This document shows, piece by piece, positions 1 to 8,944 of a stretch of 64,000 bases of DNA. Source of the stretch: Candidatus Aquilonibacter sp. GTDB taxonomy: Bacteria; Acidobacteriota; Terriglobia; Acidiferrales; UBA7541. Where the stretch lies: assembly GCA_035507075.1 (NCBI GenBank), contig DATJOL010000129.1, positions 17,052 through 81,051 of the forward strand, written 5' to 3'. A model generated the notes under the pieces. The model had not been told where the DNA came from and did no database searches. It saw only the letters and a program-made list of their open reading frames with translations. Each line of letters begins with the position of its first letter. The stretch's first letter is position 1. Made by a program: the position numbers and the translations under genes.

Positions 1-630
1 GTGGGCGTGATCAGCGCCGTCCACGACCTGCGAATCGAGGCGGAGCCGCGGCCCGAGATTTACGTTCCATTTGCGCAGGCGAACGTCTTTTGGGGCGCGA
101 ACTTCATTGCGCGCACATCAGAAAATCCCACGGTTATGGTCCCCGCTCTGCAAAGGGCGATCTGGTCGGTGGATAAGGAGACGCCGATCACGGACGTGGC
201 CACGATGGAGCAGATCGTGGCCGAGTCGGTGGCTGCGCCAAAGTATCAGACGATGCTGCTGGCGGCGTTTGGCGGGCTCGGATTGTTGCTGGCGATGGTT
301 GGGATTTACGGCGTGATCTCCTATGGAGTGAGCCAAAGAACGCATGAGATTGGGGTACGGATGGCGCTTGGCGCGCACCGAAGCAACATCCTGATGATGG
401 TGATTGGGGAAGGAATGGTGCTGGCTCTGATGGGGATCGCGGCCGGCGTTATTGGGGCGATAGCGCTCGGGCGATTCCTGCAGAGCCTGTTGTTCGAGGT
501 GAAGCCGACCGATCCGGCGACGTTCGTTGGAGTAGCAGTGGCGCTGTTGTTGGTTGCGATGGCGGCGTGCTATGTGCCGGCGCGGCGGGCGATGCGGGTG
601 GATCCGATGGTGGCGCTGAGGCATGAGTGA
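1..630 (+). CDS. ABC transporter permease, FtsX/MacB-like (ADOP-type) C-terminal fragment; 5' end outside window
   Basis: Open from base 1. Hydrophobic helices and the tail RRAMRVDPMVALRHE are typical of FtsX-domain permeases. Confidence 0.8.
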   Translation: MGVISAVHDLRIEAEPRPEIYVPFAQANVFWGANFIARTSENPTVMVPALQRAIWSVDKETPITDVATMEQIVAESVAAPKYQTMLLAAFGGLGLLLAMVGIYGVISYGVSQRTHEIGVRMALGAHRSNILMMVIGEGMVLALMGIAAGVIGAIALGRFLQSLLFEVKPTDPATFVGVAVALLLVAMAACYVPARRAMRVDPMVALRHE

Positions 631-781
631 CGAAGGCAATGGCTAGAGGCGAGGTGAGCGGAAACGCGGAGGGCAAGTCAAAGGCTGACCGCCTCGCGCG
701 AACGGCGCGCGTCCCCGCTGAGAAGCGCGGGGCAAAGGCGGTCGCTACGAAGGCCGGGCCGAGAAGCAGTCCTGCAAGCGC

Positions 782-822
782 TTGACCGTGGTGGAATCCC
801 GTATTAAACTAACCAGTTAGTT
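782..822 (+). promoter_or_regulatory. Candidate sigma70-type promoter with overlapping TetR-type operator
   Basis: TTGACC (782-787), 17-nt spacer, TAAACT (805-810). Inverted repeat AACTAAC-CA-GTTAGTT (807-822) overlaps the -10, about 125 nt upstream of the TetR gene. Confidence 0.45.
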
Positions 823-946
823 GAAGAAAAGAGGCGGTGCGCGGGAGAGTTTGCGGGACGGGTGCGCCCCACCGTCGCGAGCTTGCGGCGGATTTTAAGG
901 CTTTATGACAGTTCGGGCGGGCGGGGCAGAGGGCTGGTAATAAAAG

Positions 947-1591
947 ATGGGGCGGGGACGTAAGAAACAAGAGAATCCGGAGACGGCGGCGAGAATCCTG
1001 GAGGCGGCGGAGGCGCATTTTGCCGCGCACGGGCTGGCCGGGACGCGGACGGAGGAGATTGCGAGCGCGGCGAAGGTGAACAAGGCGATGCTCTTTTATT
1101 ATTTCAAGAACAAGAAGCATCTGCACCGCGCCGTGCTGGAAAATCTGTTCCGGCAATTCCGGGAAAGCGTATATGCGCTGCAGAAGAAGGCGGATTCGCC
1201 GCGCAAACAGGTTTTAGGGCTGGTGGCCGGGTATTTCGATTTTTTGGCGTCGCACCGGAATTATCCGAAGCTGGTGCAGCGCGAAGCGATGGAAGCGAGC
1301 GCAAATTTCAAATGGATTGTGGGCGAATATCTGAACCCGTTTCATTCGGAAGTGATGAAGGCGATCCGGAGCGGGATTGCGGAGGGGGATATTCGGGGCG
1401 TCGATCCGGAGCACACGGCTTTTTCGATTTTGGGAATGACGACGTCATATTTTGCGGCGGCGCCGATTTTGAGCAAAATAGCGGGCCGGGATTTGCTGGC
1501 GGCGCCTTCCGTGGCGGCGAGGAGGGTGGCGATTTTGGATTTTCTGGAGCATGGGTTGATGGCGGAGCGGTGCAGGTCAGCGGCGGGATGA
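947..1591 (+). CDS. TetR/AcrR family transcriptional regulator
   Basis: N-terminal HTH ARILEAAEAHFAAHGLAGTRTEEIASAAKVNKAMLFYYFKNK is a classic TetR_N signature. Lies upstream of the efflux genes. Confidence 0.9.
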   Translation: MGRGRKKQENPETAARILEAAEAHFAAHGLAGTRTEEIASAAKVNKAMLFYYFKNKKHLHRAVLENLFRQFRESVYALQKKADSPRKQVLGLVAGYFDFLASHRNYPKLVQREAMEASANFKWIVGEYLNPFHSEVMKAIRSGIAEGDIRGVDPEHTAFSILGMTTSYFAAAPILSKIAGRDLLAAPSVAARRVAILDFLEHGLMAERCRSAAG

Positions 1592-1668
1592 GGATGGCGG
1601 CCAGTTGCTGAGGAATAGGGCGAACGCAATCGCGAAGACGCCCACCGAGAGGGCGTAAAGTCGCGCGC

Positions 1669-1700
1669 AACCCTTCGGTGCCTCAGGGTCACGACGGTGG
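1669..1700. repeat. Copy of short dispersed intergenic repeat (ACCCTTCGG...CTCAGGGTCACGACGGTGG)
   Basis: Shares the module RATCCYTCGG / GC-rich insert / YTSAGGRTSACRAC with 3984-4028 and 26719-26764. ACCCT/AGGGT forms a stem. Confidence 0.55.
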
Positions 1701-1815
1701 CCGCTGCAGCAACGGCGAAGGCAAAGGGCAACGGCGACAGCGCCCGACTAAAAAGCGAGTCGGCCGCTACAGGAGAAAGGCCGAAGTTTTACCAATTTGA
1801 AGGAGAAGCGATTCG

Positions 1816-2901
1816 ATGACGGGGAAAAAGTTTTTTCGATTGATCGCGATCATCTTTGTGATTGTGGTGGTGGTGTATTACTTCACGACGCCGCACGGAT
1901 CGGCTTTGCCCATTACCGGAGTGGTGGATGGGAACGAAGTGATCGTGAGCCCGCAGATCACCGGGCGCATTGTGAAGCTGACGGTGGATGAAGGGTCGCA
2001 GGTGAAAAAGGGCGACCTGATCGCGGAGCTCGATCCGAAGGAGCTGCAGGCGAACCTGGAGGCGGCGCAGGCGAATGTGACCAGCCTGGAAGCGCAGGTG
2101 AACGCCGCGAACCACAACTACACATGGATCAACGACCAGACCGGGGCGGCGATCGAGCAGGCGAAGGCGCGAGTGACATCGAGCGACTCGCAACTGCAGC
2201 AGGCGGAAGCGCAGCTGGCGCTGAACCAATCGGACCTGGCGCGCATGCAGGAGCTTTACAACAAGAAGGAAGTCTCGGCGCAGGACTACGATCACTCGGT
2301 GACGGCCGTGCAGATGGCGGAAGCGAACGTGAACGCGCTGAAACAGTCTTCGCAGGCGGAAGCGGCAGCGCTGAATGAAGCGCAGGCGAACCGCAAACAA
2401 GTGGACGTGCGGCAGAGCGACATCACTGCGACGATAGCGCAGCTGGAGCAAGCGCGGGCCGATGCGGCGCAAGTGGCTGCGCAACTGAGCTACACCAAGA
2501 TTTATGCGCCGAGCGACGGGGTGGTTTCGGTGCGAGTGGCCAAGCAGGGCGAAGTGGTGGCGGAGGGTTCGCCGATCGTGGTGCTGGTGGATATCAATGA
2601 CCTTTGGGTGCGTGCGGACGTGGAAGAGACGTACATCGACGATGTGTGGTTCGGGCAGACGCTGGATGTGAGATTGCCTTCGGGCGACATTCTGAAAGGC
2701 AAAGTATTTTTCAAGGACGTGGAGAACGGGTTTGCGACAGAACGAGACGTGAGCCGGACGAAGCGAGATATCAGAACGTTTGCGATCAAGGTATCGCTGC
2801 CGCCGGACGACGGGCGGTTGTTCATGGGAATGACGGCGACAGTGCTGCTGCCGGTACCGCAGCAGGGGAACTGGTTTACGCGGATGTGGAGACGGACGTG
2901 A
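1816..2901 (+). CDS. HlyD family secretion / membrane fusion protein
   Basis: N-terminal TM helix, lipoyl-like segment GRIVKLTVDEGSQVKKGDLIAELD, long coiled-coil, beta-barrel C-terminus. Stop overlaps the next gene's start (GTGA). Confidence 0.9.
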   Translation: MTGKKFFRLIAIIFVIVVVVYYFTTPHGSALPITGVVDGNEVIVSPQITGRIVKLTVDEGSQVKKGDLIAELDPKELQANLEAAQANVTSLEAQVNAANHNYTWINDQTGAAIEQAKARVTSSDSQLQQAEAQLALNQSDLARMQELYNKKEVSAQDYDHSVTAVQMAEANVNALKQSSQAEAAALNEAQANRKQVDVRQSDITATIAQLEQARADAAQVAAQLSYTKIYAPSDGVVSVRVAKQGEVVAEGSPIVVLVDINDLWVRADVEETYIDDVWFGQTLDVRLPSGDILKGKVFFKDVENGFATERDVSRTKRDIRTFAIKVSLPPDDGRLFMGMTATVLLPVPQQGNWFTRMWRRT

Positions 2902-3902
2902 GCGCTTCGGCACAGGCGGCGGTAAATACGATCGACGTTCAGCATCTGGTGAAAAAGTTCGGGGAGCTGGTGGCGGTGAACGACATCAGCTTTCAGGTCC
3001 ATCACGGCGAGATTTTCGGGCTGCTGGGCCCGAACGGGGCGGGGAAAACGACGCTGATCCGGATGATGACGACGTTGACGCCGCCGACTTCGGGAACGGC
3101 GATGGTGGCGGGGCATGACATCGTGAAAGATCCGGACGGCGTGAGGCATTCGATCGGAGTGATCCCGCAGGCTTTTACATCTGATCCGGAGCTGACGGCA
3201 TACGAGAACATGCTGCTGCACGCGAAGCTCTACGGAGTGCCGGCGGACAGGAGAGAGGAGCTGATCGACGAGCTGCTGGCTTCGGTGAATCTGACGAGAT
3301 TTCGCGATGCGTTTGTGAAGACGTTTTCGGGCGGGATGCGGCGGCGCATGGAGATCGCGCGCGGGCTGGTGCATTCGCCGAAGGTGCTGTTTCTGGATGA
3401 GCCGACGACGGGGCTCGATCCAGTCTCGCGGACGAACGTGTGGGAAATGATACGGTCGCTGCGAGACCGGTCTGACCTGACGATTTTGCTGACGACGCAC
3501 TACATGGAAGAGGCGGACAAGCTGTGCGAACGGATCGCGATCGTGGATCACGGGAGGCTTGCGGCGCTGGACACGCCGACGCGGTTGAAAGAGGGAGTGC
3601 CGGGAACGGATACGGTGGAGGCGGAATTCGCGGATGCGCCGAAGGATTGGGCGGAGCAGCTGCGCGCGTTGCCGCACGTGGCGAATGTGGCGGAGCGCGA
3701 CGGAATGGTGCACATCGGGTCGAACGAAGGGCCGGCGACGGTGGCGGCGCTGATGGACCTGGCGCGGTCAAAAGGCGTGACGGTGAAGCGCGTGACGGTG
3801 CAAGGGACGACGCTGGATGATGTGTTCGTGCATTACACGGGAAGCGAACTGCGGGATACGACGCAGCGCGGGGCGCTGGATATTAGTCATTTGTATAAAT
3901 AG
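2898..3902 (+). CDS. ABC transporter ATP-binding protein (ABC-2/DrrA-like)
   Basis: Walker [10 protein letters not shown], signature FSGGMRRR, Walker B LFLDEPTTGLD. GTG at 2898 overlaps the HlyD stop. The longer ORF from 2604 overlaps HlyD and is not credible. Confidence 0.9.
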   Translation: MSASAQAAVNTIDVQHLVKKFGELVAVNDISFQVHHGEIFGLLGPNGAGKTTLIRMMTTLTPPTSGTAMVAGHDIVKDPDGVRHSIGVIPQAFTSDPELTAYENMLLHAKLYGVPADRREELIDELLASVNLTRFRDAFVKTFSGGMRRRMEIARGLVHSPKVLFLDEPTTGLDPVSRTNVWEMIRSLRDRSDLTILLTTHYMEEADKLCERIAIVDHGRLAALDTPTRLKEGVPGTDTVEAEFADAPKDWAEQLRALPHVANVAERDGMVHIGSNEGPATVAALMDLARSKGVTVKRVTVQGTTLDDVFVHYTGSELRDTTQRGALDISHLYK

Positions 3903-3983
3903 GGATTGCAACGGAGACGCAGAGGAAGGAAGACGGAGGCAAAGAAGGAAATACCGGGCTAACGCGGGTGAAGAAGAGCTGCA

Positions 3984-4028
3984 GATCCTTCGGGTCGCGG
4001 CCGCCGCTGAGGATGACAACGTGGGTGG
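3984..4028. repeat. Copy of short dispersed intergenic repeat (GATCCTTCGG...CTGAGGATGACAACGTGGGTGG)
   Basis: Lies in the 229-bp spacer between the ABC ATPase and permease genes. ATCCT/AGGAT stem encloses GCGGCCGC. Confidence 0.55.
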
Positions 4029-4131
4029 AAGTTTCACGAGTTGCTGAATAACGAGATTTGCCGCAGACGCAGAGAAGGCCCGCAGAGGGCGAGCGCTGTG
4101 GGTTTGGAACACGGGATTAGGAGTTGGGGAG

Positions 4132-5250
4132 ATGAAATTTTATCGAGTCTGGGCGCTGATTGAACGGGATTTGCGGAAGTTCTTTCGCAGCCCCGCGCTG
4201 ATGATGGTGTCTATGATTTTTCCGCTGGTGCAGCTGATCGTGCTGGGCTACGCGTTCGGGGGAAAGATCAGGAATGCGCCGGTGGCGTTTGTGGACCTGG
4301 ATCATTCGGTGGAGTCGCGCCAGGTGCGCGAGATGTTTGACGCGGTGGCGGCGGGGCCGAAGACGTTTCGGATCGTGGACTATGACAACCTGCCGGACGC
4401 GGTGAAGGATTTGCGCGCGGGGTTCGTGAAGGGTGTGGTGGAAATACCGCACGATTTTTCGCAGCGGTATTTCGAGAAAGACCGGCCGCGGATTTCGTTC
4501 AGCGAAGACAACACGGACCAGTTCATTTCGAGCTCGCTGGAATCGGAGCTGCAGGGGATGGTGGACCAGTTGAACGCGCCGGCGGTGAGTTCGCCGCTGA
4601 ACCAGAAAGTGGCGCTGGACGTGGTGGAAGTGTATCCGTACATCGAGTACGCGAAGTATTTGCTGGCGGGAGCGGTGACGCTGGGGATTTTTTCGGTGGC
4701 GATGATCGGCGGCGGGATTACGTTTATCGACGATAAGTCGCGGGGGCTGCATGAGGGATATTTGGTGACGCCGATTCACAAATCGGAGCTGGTGTTTGGA
4801 TTGATCGGCGCGGGGGCGATCAAGGGATTGATGGCGGGCATGTGCCTGGCGATCATCGGCGGGCTGATGGTGGGGATTCCGCGGATGTGGGACCCGATAC
4901 GGCTGGTGTACATCGCGTTCGTGGTGTTTGCGGCGTCGCTGGCGATGATGAGCTTCATGTTTCTGCTGATGGTGCGCGTGTCGGACCCGCTGGTGCCGCG
5001 CGCAATATTCGGAGTGCTGAACACGCTGCTGTATTTTCCTTCGGGCGCCGTCTATCCCATTGAGGCGTTTCCCTCGTGGCTGCGATGGATCGCGACGATC
5101 GACCCACTGACGTATATCGTGCACGCGCTGCAAAATCTTTCGTTGAAGAATACCGGTATTGAAGGAATTTACAGCGACGTGATAATTTTGTTGTTGATCG
5201 CGGCCGGGATGACGGCTGGTTGCGTCGCGCTGTTTCAGCGGCAGCTGTGA
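4132..5250 (+). CDS. ABC-2 type transporter permease
   Basis: N-terminal TM, large extracytoplasmic loop, then five TM helices. Follows the ABC ATPase. SD GGAG lies upstream of the ATG. Confidence 0.85.
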   Translation: MKFYRVWALIERDLRKFFRSPALMMVSMIFPLVQLIVLGYAFGGKIRNAPVAFVDLDHSVESRQVREMFDAVAAGPKTFRIVDYDNLPDAVKDLRAGFVKGVVEIPHDFSQRYFEKDRPRISFSEDNTDQFISSSLESELQGMVDQLNAPAVSSPLNQKVALDVVEVYPYIEYAKYLLAGAVTLGIFSVAMIGGGITFIDDKSRGLHEGYLVTPIHKSELVFGLIGAGAIKGLMAGMCLAIIGGLMVGIPRMWDPIRLVYIAFVVFAASLAMMSFMFLLMVRVSDPLVPRAIFGVLNTLLYFPSGAVYPIEAFPSWLRWIATIDPLTYIVHALQNLSLKNTGIEGIYSDVIILLLIAAGMTAGCVALFQRQL

Positions 5251-5265
5251 AGGCTAGAACCACAA

Positions 5266-5715
5266 ATGACGATTTTTGACGCTCCTCCGATAAAGCCGCC
5301 CTGGAAGTACCGAAGATTGGCTATTGCGGTGGGCGCGGGAGTGGTGATCGCGGCAATAACGATCGCGGTCCTTTTGCGTTTTCACACGGAGCGCAACACG
5401 GTGCGCCGGTTCATGACGGCGGTGGCGGACGGGAATTTCGAGCAGGCGTATCAAATCTGGAAGCCTTCGGCTTCGTATACGCTCCAGGATTTTATGGAGG
5501 ATTGGGGACCAAATGGGTATTACGGCCCGGTGAAGAGTTTTACGATCGATAATCACCTGACGCAGAAGCAGGGCAGCGTGGTTTCGATCACGGTGGATGT
5601 GAGTCCTTACCGGCCGTTTCCGACGGACGACGATCCTATCAAGCAGAGCAAGACGAAAACGGTGCAGCTCTGGGTGCGGTTCAGCGACCAATCGATGAGT
5701 TTTCCGCCGGATTAG
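5266..5715 (+). CDS. hypothetical membrane-anchored protein
   Basis: Single TM (LAIAVGAGVVIAAITIAVLL) followed by a soluble domain. No motif recognised. Confidence 0.5.
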   Translation: MTIFDAPPIKPPWKYRRLAIAVGAGVVIAAITIAVLLRFHTERNTVRRFMTAVADGNFEQAYQIWKPSASYTLQDFMEDWGPNGYYGPVKSFTIDNHLTQKQGSVVSITVDVSPYRPFPTDDDPIKQSKTKTVQLWVRFSDQSMSFPPD

Positions 5716-6026
5716 GCGAAAGCGCCATCTCTGGAGGGACCAGGGCGGGGAGGAGAGGAAGCGATGATCTGCTACAAGGGAGGCGGTCACTCGACCGGAT
5801 TCAGAGCTTCCGTAGGATTGCCGCCGAGGCATCGCCACTGGACCGAGACTACTGATATTTTCCCGCGCACCGACGGGGTTGGGCCGAAAGATGGAGGATT
5901 ACCCAAGCCACCCGATCCGTGGACGCGCTTCAAGAGGTGGGTGAGTTACTACCGGCGCTGGCTTACCGGTACGTTACGCTAAATTCCAGTCCGATAGAGC
6001 GATCAGGCAAACGATCGCCGCGACGG

Positions 6027-6215
6027 CTACTGCTCTTCGATGCGGGCTTCGTCGACGAGCATGACGGGGATATCGTCGCGGATGGGGTAAACGCGACGGC
6101 ACGTAGGACACTTCAGGCCTTTTTCGTCCGCGGTGATTTTCACGGGCGTCTTGCAGAGGGGACAGACAAGCAAATCGAGCAGTTGTTGCGAAACCGCCAT
6201 TTCTTCTCCCGGCAT
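6027..6215 (-). CDS. Trm112 family (UPF0434) zinc-ribbon protein
   Basis: LLDLLVCPLCK...LKCPTCRRVYPIRDDIPVML is the Trm112/YcaR pattern. An alternative ATG at 6200 has the better SD (GGGAGAAG). Confidence 0.8.
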   Translation of the reverse strand: MPGEEMAVSQQLLDLLVCPLCKTPVKITADEKGLKCPTCRRVYPIRDDIPVMLVDEARIEEQ

Positions 6216-6234
6216 TTTCCGCTAGCCGAAAATC

Positions 6235-8343
6235 TTATACTAATTGGAACGCTTTCAACGTAAGTTTTCCGCGCCACTCGGCGCCCGAAGCGATCGGCAC
6301 AAGCCAGATCGCGGCGACCTGCGAGCCTTGATAGATGCGCTCGAAGCCGCCCTCCGATTCAGAGACGGTTTCGATGGGAGCGATCCAAAATTCACGGGCG
6401 CCGGGTGCTTCGAGCGAGACGCCGACCTTTTGCCATTCGTCGATCACACGCAAGGGATTTGCGGGAGTGGCGTCCGACCAGCGCAGAGGGAAGCGCCGGC
6501 CATTCGCATCGAAGTAGCGATCGGTGGCGGCGGGCGCGAGAAAATTCACGACGACTTCCATGCCGAGCTGGACGGTGGCATCGCCTGGACCGGTTCTCTT
6601 GAGCGCGAAATCGCAAGCAACTTCAAAGCCCTGGTCGGTGGGCGCGAAGGAAAAGACTTTTGTGACGGACCAATCGGGTGAATCCTCCGAGACGAGTTCG
6701 ACGGTGCGCTTTTCGGCTTTGGCGACGCGATAGCGGCCGCCGGCGAGGGTGCCGTCTTCATCGAGACGGACAGGCGCGTATTCGCTGAAGGTGCGCTCCT
6801 TGGCGAAGAGCAGCAGGCGGAACGCGTTGCGGCGCCAGCGGTCGTAATTGAGCCATTTTTCGAGGCCGTCTTCCTTGGCGCGGACCTGATCGTGGATGGA
6901 GGCGAATTTTTCGGGCGAAGCGGTTTTCAGTTTGCGCACGGCTTCGTGGTAAGCCTCAGGGCGGCGCATGAGCGAATTGATGAGGGGGATATTGGCGTTG
7001 CGAAGATCGAGGGCGCTGATTGTGGCGCCGTCGGAAGGCTGGATCAGGGCCGTGTAAGCTTCGGAGGTGAGGTAGATTTCCTCTTTGCCGTCGGCGTCGA
7101 AATCGAGGCGAGCAGCTTCAGCGTAATCGCTTTTCTTGTGCGACCGCGAGTCGGCGAGTTGCTCGGCGTGGGCGAGAGCGCGCCACGCGGCCGTGCGTAG
7201 ATGGGGCATATAAAGTCCGCCGAAAACGCCGTGCCAGTAGGGATCATTACACTCGCCGCGGAGGAGCGAGGTGAAGGCGTCGCGGGAGGAGGAGGCATCC
7301 GCGGCGCTTTTTGCGCGAGCCTGGGAGCTTTCGTGAACTTTCCCTGACACGTGCAGCATTTTTGCGTGGAGCAGATTGGCTTCGGAATACTTGCTGAAGA
7401 AATTGCGCCATGTGCCACCGCGAAGAAATGGCAGCGCCTCGGGGCGCGATTGGAATTCCTGCAAGAGATTGTGATAGCGGATGCGCGCGGGGGTAGGAAG
7501 CGCCCACTCCATCATTTCGGTGTAGGAGGCGGTGGGAAGATCGGCGCGGCCTTGCGCGGGGCGGGAGGCGATGGCCATGCTGGGCGTGGCCATTTCGAGC
7601 CAGTCGCCGCTGTTTTCGAGGGCGGTGAAGAAATTCGTAAGCCAGCCATCGTCGTAGCAATGCTTGTGCGTTTCCGGCCAGGAGCCGAGCTTTTCGAGGT
7701 CGTCACCCATGGCCGCGAGGCCGCCAGGATGCTTCTTCATGGACTCGTAAAGAAAACCGGTGGTGGCGCCTGGCTCGCGAAATGGAATCGTGTAGCGCAG
7801 AGTTTTGAGGCCGGGAAAAAGCTTCACGACGTGGCCCATGTTTTCGGCGGTGTAGTAGCCGAACATCTGCTCGCTCTCGAAACCGGCACCAAGGAAATGG
7901 TTGTCGTCGACTAAAGTGTATTCGACGCCGGCCTGCGCGAGCGAAGAGGGAAGCTGAGGTTCCCAAACGCGCTCGGTGAGCCAAGCACCGCCGGGACGCT
8001 TGCCGAAATGCTTTTCGACGTAATCGGCGAGGCGGATGAGCTGTTCGTGGCAGTCGCGATCGGGAATAGCGATAAGGACGGGCTCGTAAAAACCGCCGCC
8101 GACGATTTCCACCTGGCCGCGATCGGAGAGAGCGCGCAGCTTGTCGAAGTATTCGGGGTGCGCGGCTTCGATCCATTCGAGAAGGGGGCCGGAATAATGC
8201 AGGCCGATGCGGATGGCGGGATGCTGCGAGAGGACTTCGATAAAAGGCAGGTAGGCGTCTTGATAAGCGCGTTCGATTACGTCGTCGAAATTCCCGACCG
8301 GCTGGTGCGCGTGCAGGAGCAGGACTAACTGGAATTTGGCCAC
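6235..8343 (-). CDS. glycoside hydrolase family 57 protein (alpha-glucan-active enzyme)
   Basis: N-terminus LVLLLHAHQPVGNFD...HYSGPLLEW and WLTERVWEP are GH57 hallmarks. 702 aa. Confidence 0.85.
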   Translation of the reverse strand: MAKFQLVLLLHAHQPVGNFDDVIERAYQDAYLPFIEVLSQHPAIRIGLHYSGPLLEWIEAAHPEYFDKLRALSDRGQVEIVGGGFYEPVLIAIPDRDCHEQLIRLADYVEKHFGKRPGGAWLTERVWEPQLPSSLAQAGVEYTLVDDNHFLGAGFESEQMFGYYTAENMGHVVKLFPGLKTLRYTIPFREPGATTGFLYESMKKHPGGLAAMGDDLEKLGSWPETHKHCYDDGWLTNFFTALENSGDWLEMATPSMAIASRPAQGRADLPTASYTEMMEWALPTPARIRYHNLLQEFQSRPEALPFLRGGTWRNFFSKYSEANLLHAKMLHVSGKVHESSQARAKSAADASSSRDAFTSLLRGECNDPYWHGVFGGLYMPHLRTAAWRALAHAEQLADSRSHKKSDYAEAARLDFDADGKEEIYLTSEAYTALIQPSDGATISALDLRNANIPLINSLMRRPEAYHEAVRKLKTASPEKFASIHDQVRAKEDGLEKWLNYDRWRRNAFRLLLFAKERTFSEYAPVRLDEDGTLAGGRYRVAKAEKRTVELVSEDSPDWSVTKVFSFAPTDQGFEVACDFALKRTGPGDATVQLGMEVVVNFLAPAATDRYFDANGRRFPLRWSDATPANPLRVIDEWQKVGVSLEAPGAREFWIAPIETVSESEGGFERIYQGSQVAAIWLVPIASGAEWRGKLTLKAFQLV

Positions 8344-8440
8344 AAGATTCCTCAGAGCCGCTTTCCAGCATAACCCGGTTTGACAAAAAACGTATGGCCT
8401 CCGAAGGAGTAAATTTAGGAATACGATTTCAACGGGAATG

Positions 8441-8467
8441 AAAACGGCGGCCGGGCCAGCCGCCGTT
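8441..8467 (-). terminator. Rho-independent terminator downstream of ferredoxin gene
   Basis: 9-bp GC stem (8443-8451 / 8459-8467), 7-nt loop, followed on the minus strand by TTTTCATT. Confidence 0.6.
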
Positions 8468-8498
8468 CAAAGAGACTAAGAATCAGGGATGCGCCGGA

Positions 8499-8762
8499 TT
8501 ATTTCTTGTAATACTTGGCGTTTTCGGCCGCGTAAGACGACCACTTTTCGGGCAGGTCTTCCATGGCGAAAATGGCGGTTACGGGGCAAACGGGAACGCA
8601 GGCGCCGCAGTCGATGCATTCATCGGGATTGATGGAAAGAAACTTGGCCGACTCGAAGTCGGGCTCATCTTTACGGGGGTGAATGCAATCCACCGGGCAC
8701 ACGTCAACGCAGGCCGAGTCTTTGGTTCCGATGCAAGGTTCAGCGATTACATATGCCATCAA
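8499..8762 (-). CDS. ferredoxin (two Fe-S cluster motifs, 7Fe-type layout)
   Basis: [20 protein letters not shown] and [12 protein letters not shown] motifs. SD AGGAGA upstream. Confidence 0.9.
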   Translation of the reverse strand: MMAYVIAEPCIGTKDSACVDVCPVDCIHPRKDEPDFESAKFLSINPDECIDCGACVPVCPVTAIFAMEDLPEKWSSYAAENAKYYKK

Positions 8763-8944
8763 ACTATCTCCTGAATGAAGGGCTGTCGCAATGGCGTTGC
8801 GGGTGCTGACCGGTCACACGATTGCTAAACTTTTTTATATCACCAAAGATAAAGGCATTCAAGCCCGTGAGTAGAGATGAACGGAAACAGCCGCGTCTGG
8901 CGGCGGCCAATCACAAAAACGGCGTTCGGATATAGAATCGCGGC

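Noticed and set aside
2604-2897. The N-terminal 98 codons of the 432-aa ORF containing the ABC ATPase.
   Set aside because: This part lies entirely inside the HlyD coding region in another frame, with a Gly/Arg-rich nonsense-like sequence. A GTG at 2898 overlapping the HlyD stop gives a normal-length ABC ATPase.
1789-2913. A 374-aa minus-strand ORF antisense to the HlyD gene.
   Set aside because: Its composition is Arg/His/Leu/Pro-dominated (RRHSHEQPP..., HRRLRR...), typical of the antisense frame of a high-GC gene. The plus-strand HlyD reading has clear domain structure.
5716-6026. A 310-bp gap between convergent genes (the hypothetical protein gene and Trm112), examined for an sRNA or terminators.
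   Set aside because: I found only a 6-bp hairpin (GCGATC...GATCGC, about 5999-6018) without a U-tract, and no repeat-family copy. Nothing can be supported.
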